NCBI GenBank assembly: GCA_001179505.1
Contig: CDMY01000419.1
Location: 16,998-80,997 of the forward strand
Origin: Vitrella brassicaformis CCMP3155
Taxonomy: Eukaryota; Protista; Chromerida
DNA length: 64,000 nucleotides
Direction: 5' to 3'
The translations under genes and the position numbers were made by a program. The stretch's first letter is position 1; every line of letters starts with the position of its first letter. The notes under the pieces were generated by a model. The model made no database searches. It was not told the DNA's origin and worked only from the letters and a program-made list of their open reading frames with translations. Positions 1-12,406 of this stretch are shown piece after piece.

Positions 1-608
1 TTTTGCTCGATTATTTCCTCCTCCTTCTCCTCCTATCTATCTACTATATGCCTGTCTGTGTATCTTGATTGATGATGGGATAGGATAGCTCCTGCTCTTG
101 CTGCTGCTGTCCACTTTGTCATGTCCATATGTGTGCGCTGCGCCTGTGTGTGTGTTGGTTTGGCTTTGTTGATCGATCCAATGGGATGCCCAAAAACAGA
201 AGTAATGAATCTGCGTAGCGTAGCCGGTGTAGCTGGCAGTGTCTGTGTTGGGCGACTGTGTGGGTGGGAGGGTGATGCGTGTACAGATAGCAGATATCAT
301 TTGTACCTGTCTGATGGACTGACTCGTCAGGTGCGGTGCCATGTCATGTCATGTGTGCAGATTCCTTCACTCTCTCATCCGCTCGGTCAACCGACATGTA
401 CTTCACGTGATGGCATCTTTGGACAGTTCGTCCGGCTCCACATCACATGACATCACATCACATCGCATCACACCGCATCACACAGCCAAAACTCCCTCCC
501 TCTGTCTGGGATATCTTACACACACATACACGCACCTCTCTCTCTCTCTCTCTCGTGTGTGGGTGTGGTCTATCCACCCACTCTTCCTTCCAGCCATCCA
601 TCCTTCAG

Positions 609-3600
609 TCAGTGTGTCCTGATCCCCACCGCCCCCTTGAAAGCGCTGTCCATGACCTCTGACAACGTCGGATGCGTGTGCACCTGAGCAATCAACGACA
701 CACCCACCACAACACAACACAACACACCACACGATAAGCTGTAGCCTTCCTTAAGCTTCTCTCTCATGATATGGTGTCGGTGTCGGTGACCGCACTGACT
801 GACCATGTAAGAGAGCTCGCGGACGGTTTGTCCAGCCGCCACGGCGTTGGCGCACTCCTGGATGAGGTCGCTGGCGTGCAGACCGATGACGTGCACACCC
901 AAAATCTCCTCCGTGTCCTTCCGGAACAGCACCTTGGCGATCCCGTCGCCCTCACCCTCTGCCAGTGCCTTCGAGTTGGCCCTAAATGATCGCATGACGC
1001 TCGCCTCTTTCTTCTGTGTGTGTGCTCGTTCGTGTGCGGCGTGTGGGGGTTGCCTGACTGACCTGAAGTGTCCGGTGGATTTGCCGAGCTCGAACCCCTC
1101 AGCCTTGGCTTTGTCCTTGGCCTGGTCCTCATTCAACCCTTCACACACATACACACACACAATCAGGTGCGCACAATACACACGACCATCTGTCCGTCTG
1201 TCTGTCTGTCTGTCTGTGTTACTGTGTGTGGGCGGTTGTCTGACCGACGAATGCGATCTCCGGGTGTGTGAAGCATGCTGCCGGGACGGCATTGTGGTTG
1301 ACGGCATGGGGGCGCCCAATGATGTTCTCGACCGCTGATATGCCTGAGTGCACCAGACAGACACATAATACGCCAAACCTCACACGTGTCGTGTCGGCGA
1401 TTGCTTGGTGTGCCCTGCCTGGATCTGTAGTGCTGTGTGTGTATGTTTGCACCTTACCTTGTGCGGAAGCAGCGTGTGCGAGCATCATCTTGCCGTTTGC
1501 GTCGCCGATGCAGTACAGATTGGGCACCACCTCCACACCTACACACACATGGGGTGTGTCGTGTCCCCACACCACACCACACACCCAGACCAGACGATAG
1601 TTAGATACCTACGGGCAGTTGTCAACCTATCCACGTGTTGGTACCTTCTTTCTTGGTGAGCACCCGCATCCTTTCGTCCACCTGACACACACACATCGAC
1701 ACACGCGTGGGATGCGATGTGATGGACGGCCTGGCCTGCAGATTCGAGTCAGTCACTTGCTGACCGGCACGAACCCCCTGTCCATCTCGACGCCGACGTT
1801 CTCGAGACCACACTCCTGGCCAGCCAACACACAACACAACACAGCAGACAGAGGGACGGAGGATGAGGCAGGTATGTACTTCCTTCCTGCCGTCTGTCTC
1901 AGATAGATGTAGGCGTCGCGTACCTTGGTGTTGGGCACTCTGCCAGTCGCCACCAGGCAGGCATCGACCTCCAGGGTCTCAACCTAGAGTGAAGCGCACA
2001 TAGAGCACAGTGCAGTGTCTCTATGGCCGGATGACAGTCACTCATTGGCTGTTTTGCTCCTTACGTGTTCCTTGGTGTTTGCGTCGATCATCTTGATGGT
2101 CACCGGCTTCTCACCTGTGAGCGACAGACACCACAAGTAAGTGGACGGACGCGTGTGCCTTCACTTCACTATCATATGGCTGGCTGGCTGGATGGCTGCC
2201 TGGCATGTCAGCTTACCGGGGATGCCTGGGGTGACCTCCGACGCAAACACGCCCGTGCGGTAGTCGATGGACCGCGGACGGATCAGCAACCTATATATGT
2301 GCAGTGCACATCAATCACATGAAGGAAGTTTGTTGTGCGAACGTTGTTTGCCGATGAGCCGCTGGCTGGTCCAAGGCTTGCCTCTCCGCCAGCCTGGCGA
2401 TTTCTGGGTCAAAGGTGGGCATAATGCGGTCCAGCGCCTCAATGAACGTCACCTCAGAGCCTGCCGGCAGCAAACACAGACGAACAAACAGATAGATAGA
2501 TAGATTTTGTGTGTAACCTGCCGCCCTGGCGACCCACCGAGAGCGGTGAATACGTCTGAGAACTCGAGACCGATATATCCGCTGCCCACGATGGCCAGCC
2601 ACTCGGGCACGCTGTCGAGCCTGAGGCCACCGTCGCTCGTGAAGACAGTCTTCTCGTCCACCTCTATGCCCCGCGGCACAAAGGGCAGCGACCCTGGCGC
2701 CAGGATGATGTCCTTGGCGCGGACCACACGGCTCCCCGCCTGCACCTCATGTGGACCCTTCACAGAGCCCTTCTCGGGAATGACCTCCACACCGAGACCT
2801 GATGGATGGCGGTGCAGATGAGTGAGATGCGTGGATGGATGGTGTTGGTGCCTTCCTTGTGTGTTGTGTTGGTGGGATACATGCATACCTGTGAGTGAGT
2901 TTTCGAGCCCTGACCGCACCTTGGCCGCCAGATTCTTAGCGTGGTCGGCGATCGCCTGCCTGAAAGGCAACCAATGAAATGAACCAATAGGGCACGAGAG
3001 AAACAAAGTAACCCATTCGCTCGCTGATGGTGCTGATGGTGGGTGCTTGTTGTGTTGACACAAACAGACAGACCCACTCACTCGCTCAACTGACCTGTCG
3101 TATTTGACGTTGTCTACGGTGACCCCCAGGGCCTTGAGGTGGTGCGCATTCCGCAGCTCACGCACACGACCGGATGCAGCCAACAGAGCCTTCGATGGCA
3201 CACAACCTGATATACAGACCTATGTGGTGTGCTCTGTCTGTCACTGATTGCAGTGAGTGCACTGGTTGGCCGTGTGGTGAGTGAGTGGATGTGTGGGCCT
3301 GCCTGGCTGCCTACCTCTGTTAACGCATGTGCCGCCCACATCCCCACCAGTCAGAATAGCGGTCTTCAGACCTTTGCCCACTGCAGTCAGTGCACACACA
3401 CCAACACACATCCAATCAAGAGCTCAGCGTCCTTCGTGCAAGCACTGATTGTGCGCACGTCCTCTGTCTGTGTGTGTACCTTACCGGCGTGCAGCGCTGC
3501 CCCGTGGCCCCCGACTCCACAGCCGATAATCACCAGGTCGTAGTCATAATTATCTCCCGCCATCCACAGCCCTCCCTGCAGCACACCACAAAACAGCCGC

Positions 3601-3837
3601 AACTCATTCAGAAGACAGGAATGCGTCGGCAGCTGTGTGTTGCGCCTCAGTGCTCACCGCTGGCCGAACGCGAAAGACCATTGCCTGTTGTGGGTGTGCT
3701 TGTAATGATGATGGCCGCCTTGAAAGGAGAGATTGGCGTCTGATGAACGGAGCTGTCGACGAAAGATGGAAGCCCGCCACGGCACACAACCATGATCCCA
3801 GAAGGGCAGCCAACAGCAACACTGCTGAGCGACTCAT
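609..3837 (-). CDS. lpd: Plastid-targeted dihydrolipoamide dehydrogenase (E3 of pyruvate dehydrogenase), multi-exon
   Basis: Spliced exons give [15 protein letters not shown] (FAD binding), GGTCVNR|GCVPSKALL (redox disulfide), [11 protein letters not shown] (NAD binding), [21 protein letters not shown] and [10 protein letters not shown]-terminus [27 protein letters not shown]... is a signal peptide plus Phe-initiated transit peptide. ATG at 3837, stop at 609. Confidence 0.95.
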
Positions 3838-4095
3838 TGCGCGCCTTTGCCTCTGTAGAACTTCACCCATCTCGTTGTCCCGCAGCTGCTGGCGGAATGC
3901 CCCGCTCCTCTGACCACTGCGGCGATGCAGATCTGACGAAAGCTGCTCGAGCTACGGATGCGAGCTTGAAATGAGTCGTCAGCGAGAGAAGCGCATCACA
4001 ACGGACTCTTCTACCCTTCTCAACTCGCTACTTTTCTTGCTGCATATCTTTTTCCAGCGTTTTTCGTTCAAGATCTGCCGCTCCCTCCGACCGAG

Positions 4096-6285
4096 ATGTT
4101 CGCCACCCTGATGATGCTCATCCTGGCGGCGCTGCTCGTCACCGAACGGTCCCTGGTGGCTGCTGCAGTGTGCTCTTGGCAGGTACGTACGTCCGTGGCT
4201 CACGTCACACCACAAAAGTCGATGGAACTACAGTACACCCATTGTTTGGTCTGGTTGGTGATCGCGATGATGGGCACTCAATCACCTCCCATCGTACCAA
4301 CCAGGGTGAGGGAGGGAGCTGCACTGTGGACTACCCGCGAGCCAAGGGCGACAGGCAGAGGTGCAAGTACCCTCTCGTGTGCGACGCACTGCCCGGCGCT
4401 GAGGCTGGTCAGTCAGTCAGAGACGTCCAGAGACAAACAAAACATGTTCGTGAGTGAGTATGGTTGCATGTGGCTGTCGCTGCTTGGTTGGTTGGTTGGT
4501 CAGGGAGGTGTGTGTTGCCCCACACGCGTAAGGTGGGGGAGTCCTGCACTGTCGGCGGGGTGCATGGCCTCTGTGACAGGCAGTCATACTGCGCCCCTGA
4601 CGATGGTACGTTAAATGACCGATCCACACACACCCACACACACCTCACCGCACACACCCACCCACCCACCTGGCTGGCTGGCTGGTGGTCCCTCAGGTGT
4701 CATTCCCTCGATGCCTGAAGGGTCTCCTCAGCAAGTGGGCCCCCCACCACCTCCACCTCCCGCCCCCAAGAACGGCACGTGCGCGGCCAAGCAGGCCACA
4801 GGCTCGCCATGCGACCCCAGGGTGGGGGCGGCATGCGACACGGACAGGTGCCTGCCGCCCAGCTTCGCTTCGGCAGACCCCTCCACAGCCGTGTAAGCTA
4901 AGCTGCAACATAAGATAGAGATGTCCACAATGGGGATGTCCTCCACGGCTGTATGCCTTTGTGCCAGGTGTGTGGATCGGTTTGTCGGCTGGGGCGAGGC
5001 GTGCAACGAGTTGGACCGGCTGTGCAATGCGGCGTGCGGCACTTGTGTTGAGGGAGCATGCAAGCCGCACGAGTCAGGACTCGCCATGCCTGAGGTGCCA
5101 CCACCCCCACCACTGCCCACTGCCGGTGATGGTGGTGATGGTGCGGCCAACGGACCCCCTCCTCCACCACTGGGTCCTCTTGACAGTATGACGTGTGCCG
5201 ACGTCTGTTGCCCTGAGGTGGGTGGGTGACACACACCACTGCACACGACAAAGTGACACCACAGGGCGCATGAGCATCCTTCTCTCCCTGTCTGTATGTC
5301 AGGGGACGTATTGCGTGACACCGCAGGACAGCGATTGTAGCAAGTCGAAGGCCTCTGGTGAGGAGTGCTCTGGCGAGAGCCCCGGCGAGTGCGAGGCCGG
5401 CACCCAGTGCTACAGGGGCAAATGCACTGGTACGTACTAATGTGGATGGATCGGCGGCGTGCGATCCATCCATCTGTGGCATTCATTTGTGTGTTTGTGT
5501 TTGTGTTTGGCTGCCTGCGTGCCGTGCAGAGATCTTTGGTGTGGATGCGTCGGTGGCGGCCATTCCCATCTCGCCCACAGCTCCCATGGTGTGCCTGCCC
5601 TGGCAGCCCGCAGAGATCGACCAAAGACGTAAGTGACCCTCCCTCCCTCCCTCCCTCCCTCCCAACACACCCCCCACACACCAGTCAACATCCATCTGGT
5701 CGTTGTCTGTCTACTCTACGGGCAGGGGGGTCGGCGCGTTGCGCCAAGGTGCAGGGCCGGTCGTGCGAGTCCGATGAGGACTGCCCTGGCCTGGGCGTCG
5801 GGGGCTACTGCGACTGCGAGACAAACACCTGCCACATCGATCCTTTCCCTGACTGTCTGGCCGAGTTCCGCAAGTATTTCGTCAACGCAGGTGTGTCGCC
5901 GTACGCCAACTTCGCTGACTACGAAGAGGAGTACCGAAACTGGTGAGCGCGTGGATTGGCAGCTGTCTGTGTGTAGGTGTTGGTGCAGCCGCGTGTGTCC
6001 TGTTTGTTTGTTTGTCTGTCTGTGTGCGTGCAGGCTGTGCTGCATGTCCAAGAATGGGTTTGGCGAGAAGGAGTACATCGACTGGGAGGCCGTTCGGGGG
6101 GCGCCGGCGGGGTCTCTCTTCACCAGCCAATTCACATGTGAGCCAGAAAGGGAGGGAGAATGGCTGGCAGCAAACAAAAGGCTGCATCTTGCTCGTCTGT
6201 GCTTGTCTGTCTGTCTGTCTGTATTATGTCAGGTGAGAGTCGAAGCCGAAGGCGCCTCGGAGGGAAGCCCCTGCTTCACTCCTGA
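4096..6285 (+). CDS. Secreted cysteine-rich modular protein with poly-Pro linkers (EB/Dickkopf-like Cys modules), multi-exon
   Basis: Signal peptide MFATLMMLILAALLVTERSLVAAA. Exons encode repeated G(E/S)xC..C..C modules (GESCTVGG..LCDRQSYC, GEACNELDRLCNAACGTC, GEECSGESPGEC, GRSCESDEDC) separated by PPPPPPP tracts. GT-AG junctions join in frame up to TGA at 6285. The last exon is less certain. Confidence 0.7.
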
Positions 6286-7184
6286 TCGAAGCATGCAAGA
6301 CACGACACGCGATCGCATGTTTGTCTGTATGTCTGTATGTATCTGCCTCCTGCGGCCCTTCCCCTCTTTAGTCCACTCACCAGGCAGCAACCCATGCATG
6401 CATGCATGCATGCATGCATTTCTGTCTGTCTGTTTGTCTGTGGGCGCTTTCTCTTTTTTGCCCCTCTCTCCCTCCCTCTCAGTGCATGTCGGTTGATTGA
6501 TCCATGCGCGGTGCGGTGTGTGGCGCGGTCATTTTGTGTGTCCTGTGGGTGGTTTTGAGTGCTGTGCTGAGGCGGGGCACCAATTAGAATGGTGTGCATC
6601 AATCAAGGCACTTTTGTAAATCGACTTTTGTAGATAATGGTGCCAGAGAAGGCCGAGAAGTGGGTGGTGAATGTGTGGCGTGCGGCATGGATGGATGGGT
6701 GGATAGATGGACACCCCATCATTAAATGTAGCAATGGCATGACTTCAAAACCTTCAAACCTTCACACCTACCTCACCAACAAGCAGCCTTCTCCCCCATC
6801 CCCTCACACACACGCTAACACAGACGACGAACGCCACACATGAATATGGAAAACAAAAATGATTCATGGACTGATCTGGTCCGGTTGGCTGCTCGTGGCA
6901 CTTGACAGAGCCAGAGAGAGAGGGAGGGAGGGAGGGAGACACATACATGCGGGCCCCATCCATCCATTCATCCATCCATCCATCCAACGCACAGCATACA
7001 TGACAGACACATCCACCTGTTGGTGTGTTGCATCGCTTGTTGGTGGATGCAGGTCATTTGTCCACACATTTGTACTTTGGTGTACAAATGAGAGAGGAGA
7101 CATTCACGTCCTCTCGCCTCACATTTGTCACCCCTCAGGGTGTTGTAGGCAAAAAATATTCCAACGTCGGTTGAGCATCACACT

Positions 7185-10100
7185 TTAAGAGGAAGACTCA
7201 GAAATAATTTGTCTTTCGTAAGGAGAAGAAGCAGGGGAAGAAGATAGCGAGTGTCGGATTTCTTCTATGCGCTCATTCATCTGCCACATTGCTGCACACA
7301 TAGAACATCAGTGAGAGCATCAGTGAGATGGGTAGAGTTTGATGTTCTCACTTGTCATCACATCTTGCATTGTGGCCTTTCTTCCATCCACCTCTCGACA
7401 CCACTTGTCAACAGTAGCGGCCATTGCTGCATCTGGTTCTTTGTCACCCTGCACATGTAGCCGCCTTTCCAGACGCTTCTCCTCCGCTTCAACTGTGGCC
7501 TGAAGTACCATAACCAGCGTAAGTGGAATTTCAAAGGTGTCCCTTACGTTCATCTCAAACACCAGGTCACACACTATAATGAAACCGATGACTACGATCG
7601 CGCTGAGGACTCCGATAGGCAGTACACAAGGAAGGGCCATGAAGAAGCCTATTTTTTCCACCACTGTTCCGCCCTTTTCTGTCAGTAGTATTCCGAGCCA
7701 TTCGAAGGGAATGGCAATGAGGAACACAGGTGTGAAGGCGACGATATATGTGACAAACTCGAGAATACAGAGGACGGCCACAAGGGAAAATCCAAGGATC
7801 CTCAAACATGTGGTTTCATCCACAGCCGAGATACGGTACATAAGGGAGCGAGCGGGTGCTAGCAGAAAAAGGCCTGCATACAAGAAATGTCCTGCTGGGC
7901 TTTGTGATATCCACACGTACTTATCAGGGAGAATGGAGGTGGAATTCGCTCATAGGTCGGCATATAGAGATACTCATTAAGAAGGCGGAGCCGCAGCATG
8001 CTGCAAGCGATGAACAGATTCATGTTGTGTCTCTATATGTCTCGATCTCGTTTTTGGGGTTGACTAACTGGTAGTGTGCATGTTGACTTGACTCGATGGC
8101 ATCCCAAGTGAATGCCTGATATCACAGATCATCGATGCTCGCGTTGTGTCAGCTTATTCTTCCCTATCTTCTTCCCTACCATGATAGCTATTAAGAGATT
8201 GAGCTATAAGTAGGGGAGCACAAAGAGATGATCCGAAGATGAAAATCTGCTTTTAACCACCTCTGCGTACATCTTACCAGGATGATGGATAAAAGAATGA
8301 CGTAAAGGATCAGAAGAATAGGAATGAGAAGATGTTCATCCTGAATGGCACTATCTAACGGTTCCTGTCCAGAGAAACAAGACGTCTCCTCTCTCATCGT
8401 AGAATTAAGACATCTTCTTACTTGGAATTCCCCCAATCCACCATAGAATAGCGTTAGGATGGCTTGTCCGTAAGTCCCAAATACTCACTCTCGTCTGTCG
8501 CGAGTGTCATCACTGTAGCCGCAAAGGCCAGCAAGACGTATACGTAGAGGAGTAGAAATATCGATCTGCAGTGCACAAACAGAATGCACACGTACAGGCT
8601 CTGCTTACACAACTGGTCAGAACATCATAGTAGTACATGTCTGCAAGCATGCGTATTACAGCCCTGAATCACAAATAATCATCACGGATAAGACAGAAAT
8701 TGATGCATTCTTCCTTACAAGATGAGTGGCCCAGTTGTAGAGTTGAGGGTGGCAATTTGGAGAAATCTCGTGGTGAACAATAGACCGACGAGTGACAGTG
8801 AAGCAGTGATTGCCTCAGATGGTGCTCTGGAAAAATGCAATGCGACGAATGAAATGACCGCAAGAGAACTCGCGAGGTCAAGGTAATTCCTGAATGCCGC
8901 ATGCAAAGCAAGTCAACATCTGCGCATGATGAATAAAAGCATGCCTCACCAATATTCCCCCCAGTAGCGCCACCCCAAACGAAACATCTATCGCCAAAAA
9001 GGTTCAAAACGTGAATTCCCTGTACTTGTTCTTTTACTTTCTCACCTGCATGATCTCCTGTGCGATGTAACCACCGCCCATTGTCACAATGGCCCACAGC
9101 CAAATCCATCCTTTAGACTGGATCTCATCGCCGTAGCTAGACGAGATCTCATACACATTAACATACGCGAATACACATCCGATCCTGAACAAAACAAGCT
9201 GGTCGATTCATTGCTGACATTTACTTGCCTCCTTACATAACGGCCATCATAATAAATCTGCTGATGAAAGCAAGTTGTGGCGATAGAGCCACTCGAAATC
9301 CCCAATCCTGCATGAAAGTCACTATTCCTTCCAATCCACTAGGGTCTCTTGTCTCCTGCAGACACAATCATTACAACATAAGAGGAAAGGCAGCTTTTCG
9401 CCCACATCAAGCCAACTCACGGATTCATGGACGTAAAGATACGGCTCCTTCCAGCGTTCACGAGTTAACTCAATAACCTTTGCTGTAACAAACACGCAGC
9501 AGCTCGCTTCAGGCGGAAAAGAGAAAGAGAGATGTGTTTACCTTCTGCGACTGTCTGGAGAGACTCCGAGGAATCCATCAGATGAAAGAGGTCCAGTAAA
9601 TCGTCATGTGTCCATTCTTTGTTGGTATCCGCAATCGACGTGGCAGCAAATGCATCAAGCCAGTCGCCAATCTCTTCTATCGCTCTGCACACAAGTGCGC
9701 ACAGGTGCAGACAAAGACGCAGCACAGCCTGCCTTCTGCGTACTTTGTGTGTGAGTCCTTGTTTCGAGATGACATGTCGCTGCGATACGCAGAGAGAAGA
9801 TGGAGTGCGGTGAGGGTAACGTCGTTGGGGTCAGTATGCTTCAGCGACTAAACAAGAGCCTTCTTCAGGAATGGAAGGTTTGACATTAGATTGTGAAGGT
9901 GTCACACAGGGCGATTCGATGGCGATGTTCGTCTACGCCTGCGGCAGCCTTCCCCTCATCCATGCCCTGCGGGCTGCCTGCGCTGAGGAGGGATATGAGA
10001 TGCCGTCGAGTGGGGCATGGGATGAGTCAGGCAGCGATGGGTCTGGGTCAGACATGGACGAGAACGAAAACGCGCCATCAGAAGCGCAAGAGAGGCCAGA

Positions 10101-12270
10101 AGAAGCCAGTGACACGCCACCAGAAGCAGAGGGGGATGGTGCGGGTGTATGTGTGTGTTCTGATGTAGAAGGTGTTGGAGTTGGTGAGGAGGAGAGTTTG
10201 TCGGCCTCGTCAGCCCCGTCGGCCTCTTCATCTAGCGCTTCGCTGCGGCAGTGCTGGTATGCGGATGACTCGTCGGCGCTCGGCAAACTTCACGGCATCC
10301 TCGTGTGGTTTCGAGCCCTGCGTCGCATCGGTCCCTCATACGGCTATCACCCAGAGACCGCCAAGTCCTTCCTCGTCGTCAAACCCGAGCTCGAGCAGAT
10401 CGCAAGGGAACTCTTCGAGCCCGAGGGGGTGCAGATCGTCACGGGCAAGAGGTTCCTGGGCGGCTACGTGGGCGATGAGGGGGGAAGGGCGGCGTTCCTC
10501 TGCGAGAAGGTCGAGGGGTGGGTGCGCGGCGTGCGCGCGCTCACGTCTGCTGCCCGCAACTTCCCACACACGGCCCACGCGGCAATGACGAGGTCTCTGC
10601 AGATGGAGTGGGACTACGTCTTTCGTGTCGTGCTCACCGACGAGTGCGCTCTCAGCCCCCTCCGCGAGGCCATCGCCAAGGAGCTGCTGCCGGCCCTCCT
10701 CGGCGGCCCTGTGACGCCGTCCGAGGTCGACCTGATGCTGCTGCCTGCCCGGCATGGCGGCACCGGCATACGTGACCCTCTCGACCGTGCCGCAGCCGCC
10801 TACCCCGCTTCCCGCGCGAGCACCAAGGTGGTCTCCAAGTCCGTCCAAGGCAAGGCTCCGTTCCACCCTGGCGACCATCGTGCCACCATCCGCCACGCCC
10901 TCACCCGGAGCAAGCAGCAGCAGGACGTCGCCCACAAGACCAAGAGGGAGGCCGCCCTGCCGCACATCGACCGCCGGCGCCATCGCGTCCTCTCCCGCAG
11001 CGCCGAGTATAAGACGTCCGGCTGGCTGACCACCCTCCCGTCGACAGACAACAACACTGGTCTTGATGCTGCGGAGTTTCGAGATGCCCTCAACATGCGT
11101 TACGGCCGTCACCCCCCCGGCCTCGCTGCACGCTGCGACCACTGCAACCAGCCCCTCACCGTCGACCATGCGCTGTGCTGCAAGCGGTACGGCCTGGTGA
11201 TTCGTCGCCACGACGAGCTGCGGGACACTTTTGCCGAGCTGATTGGGATGGCGTGGGGGGACGCTGGTGTGCGTCGGGAGGTGGTGTTGAAGGAGGGAGA
11301 GGAGGNNNNNNNNNNNNNNNNNNNNNNNNNNNNNNNNNNNNNNNNNNNNNNNNNNNNNNNNNNNNNNNNNNNNNNNNNNNNNNNNNNNNNNNNNNNNNNN
11401 NNNNNNNNNNNNNNNNNNNNNNNNNNNNNNNNNNNNNNNNNNNNNNNNNNNNNNNNNNNNNNNNNNNNNNNNNNNNNNNNNNNNNNNNNNNNNNNNNNNN
11501 NNNNNNNNNNNNNNNNNNNNNNNNNNNNNNNNNNNNNNNNNNNNNNNNNNNNNNNNNNNNNNNNNNNNNNNNNNNNNNNNNNNNNNNNNNNNNNNNNNNN
11601 NNNNNGTCTGCAACTCCCGCGTGACCTTCTGCCCTCTGGTGGTGACGTGTGACGGTGTGTGGGGACACGATGCCAACGTGTTCATCGCCCACATGGCTCA
11701 TGCGCTGTTGGAGAAGGAGGGGTGGAAGGGTCGGGGGTTCAGTCATGTGTCTGGATGGATTCGCTCTCGCTTGTCTATCGCCCTCGCGCGTGCGACTAGC
11801 TTCTGTCTGCGTGGGGGAGGGAGGGGAGGGTTTGCGGGACTGGGGTGTGCTGATGGGGCGGGGATTGATCCCTCCTCCCCTTGAGCCTGTTTGAGTCTGC
11901 GTGCTGATGGGACTGTATTTGTATGAGTATCACGGACACACAGACGAGTGTTACGGTTAATGACAGTTTTCACTCACTGGCATGACCACGTCAGGGCTCG
12001 TGATGGGCTCTACTGAGGACTTGCGACTGTGATGCTCCACAGAGGTCGGGGAGGCTGGTTTCTGTCATTGAAGTGCCAGGAATGTACCGGAAGGCGTGTA
12101 CGGGAGGATGTGCTTACCGAGCCGTCAGCGGGTTTGCTGTCCCCTTTTCCTGGCCCATTTCTCCACGCACGATGAAGAAGACTGTTGAGATCAGTCAGGC
12201 TAACTCTGCCGCTGAGCTGTGAGGCGACCGCCAAGGTCTGACGACGTGAGGAACGTCGCCTCTCCGCCAT
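7185..12270 (-). CDS. TRP-like (6TM) cation channel, multi-exon; intron 2 contains a retrotransposon
   Basis: Spliced motifs YIAQEIMQ|MFRLGWRYWGEYW|NYLDLASSLAVISF (S2-S3), LFTTRFLQIATLNSTTGPLIL (S4-S5 linker), TYGQAILTLFYGGLGEFQ (pore), ILLILYVILLSIIL|LNLLIAIM (S6). Exon1 12270-12118, exon2 12061-11978 and exon3 from 9847 all join in phase 0. Confidence 0.8.
9890..11930 (+). mobile_element. 5'-truncated non-LTR retrotransposon, CRE/SLACS-like clade (RT + CCHC zinc finger + restriction-like endonuclease)
   Basis: Intronless ORF with GVTQGDSMAM (RT motif B'), WYADD (motif C), GPSYGY, FLGGYVG, LPARHGGTGI, GWLTTLP, FRDALNMRYG, CDHC..DHALCC..RHDELRD (zinc knuckle + RHD) and, after the gap, FCPLVVTCDGVWG..WIRSRLSIALARA. 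Stop at 11884. The PD..D core probably lies in the N gap. Element ends are approximate. Confidence 0.9.
11306..11605. other. Assembly gap (300 N)
   Basis: Run of N inside the retrotransposon. Confidence 1.
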
Positions 12271-12406
12271 CGGTGGGGGTGGGCTGCACGGACAACTAAA
12301 AACGCAGAATGGTCCGTTCTGCTGTCGGTCACTTGTGAGGGGGGGGAGGGGGAGAAGGCCCCAAGGACCAGGGTCAAGGGTTTACAAACCCTACCTGCTC
12401 GGTCCG

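Noticed and set aside
9860-11980. Target-site duplication or poly-A tail for the retrotransposon
   Set aside because: No convincing direct repeat or A-tail found by eye at either end, so the ends are left approximate.
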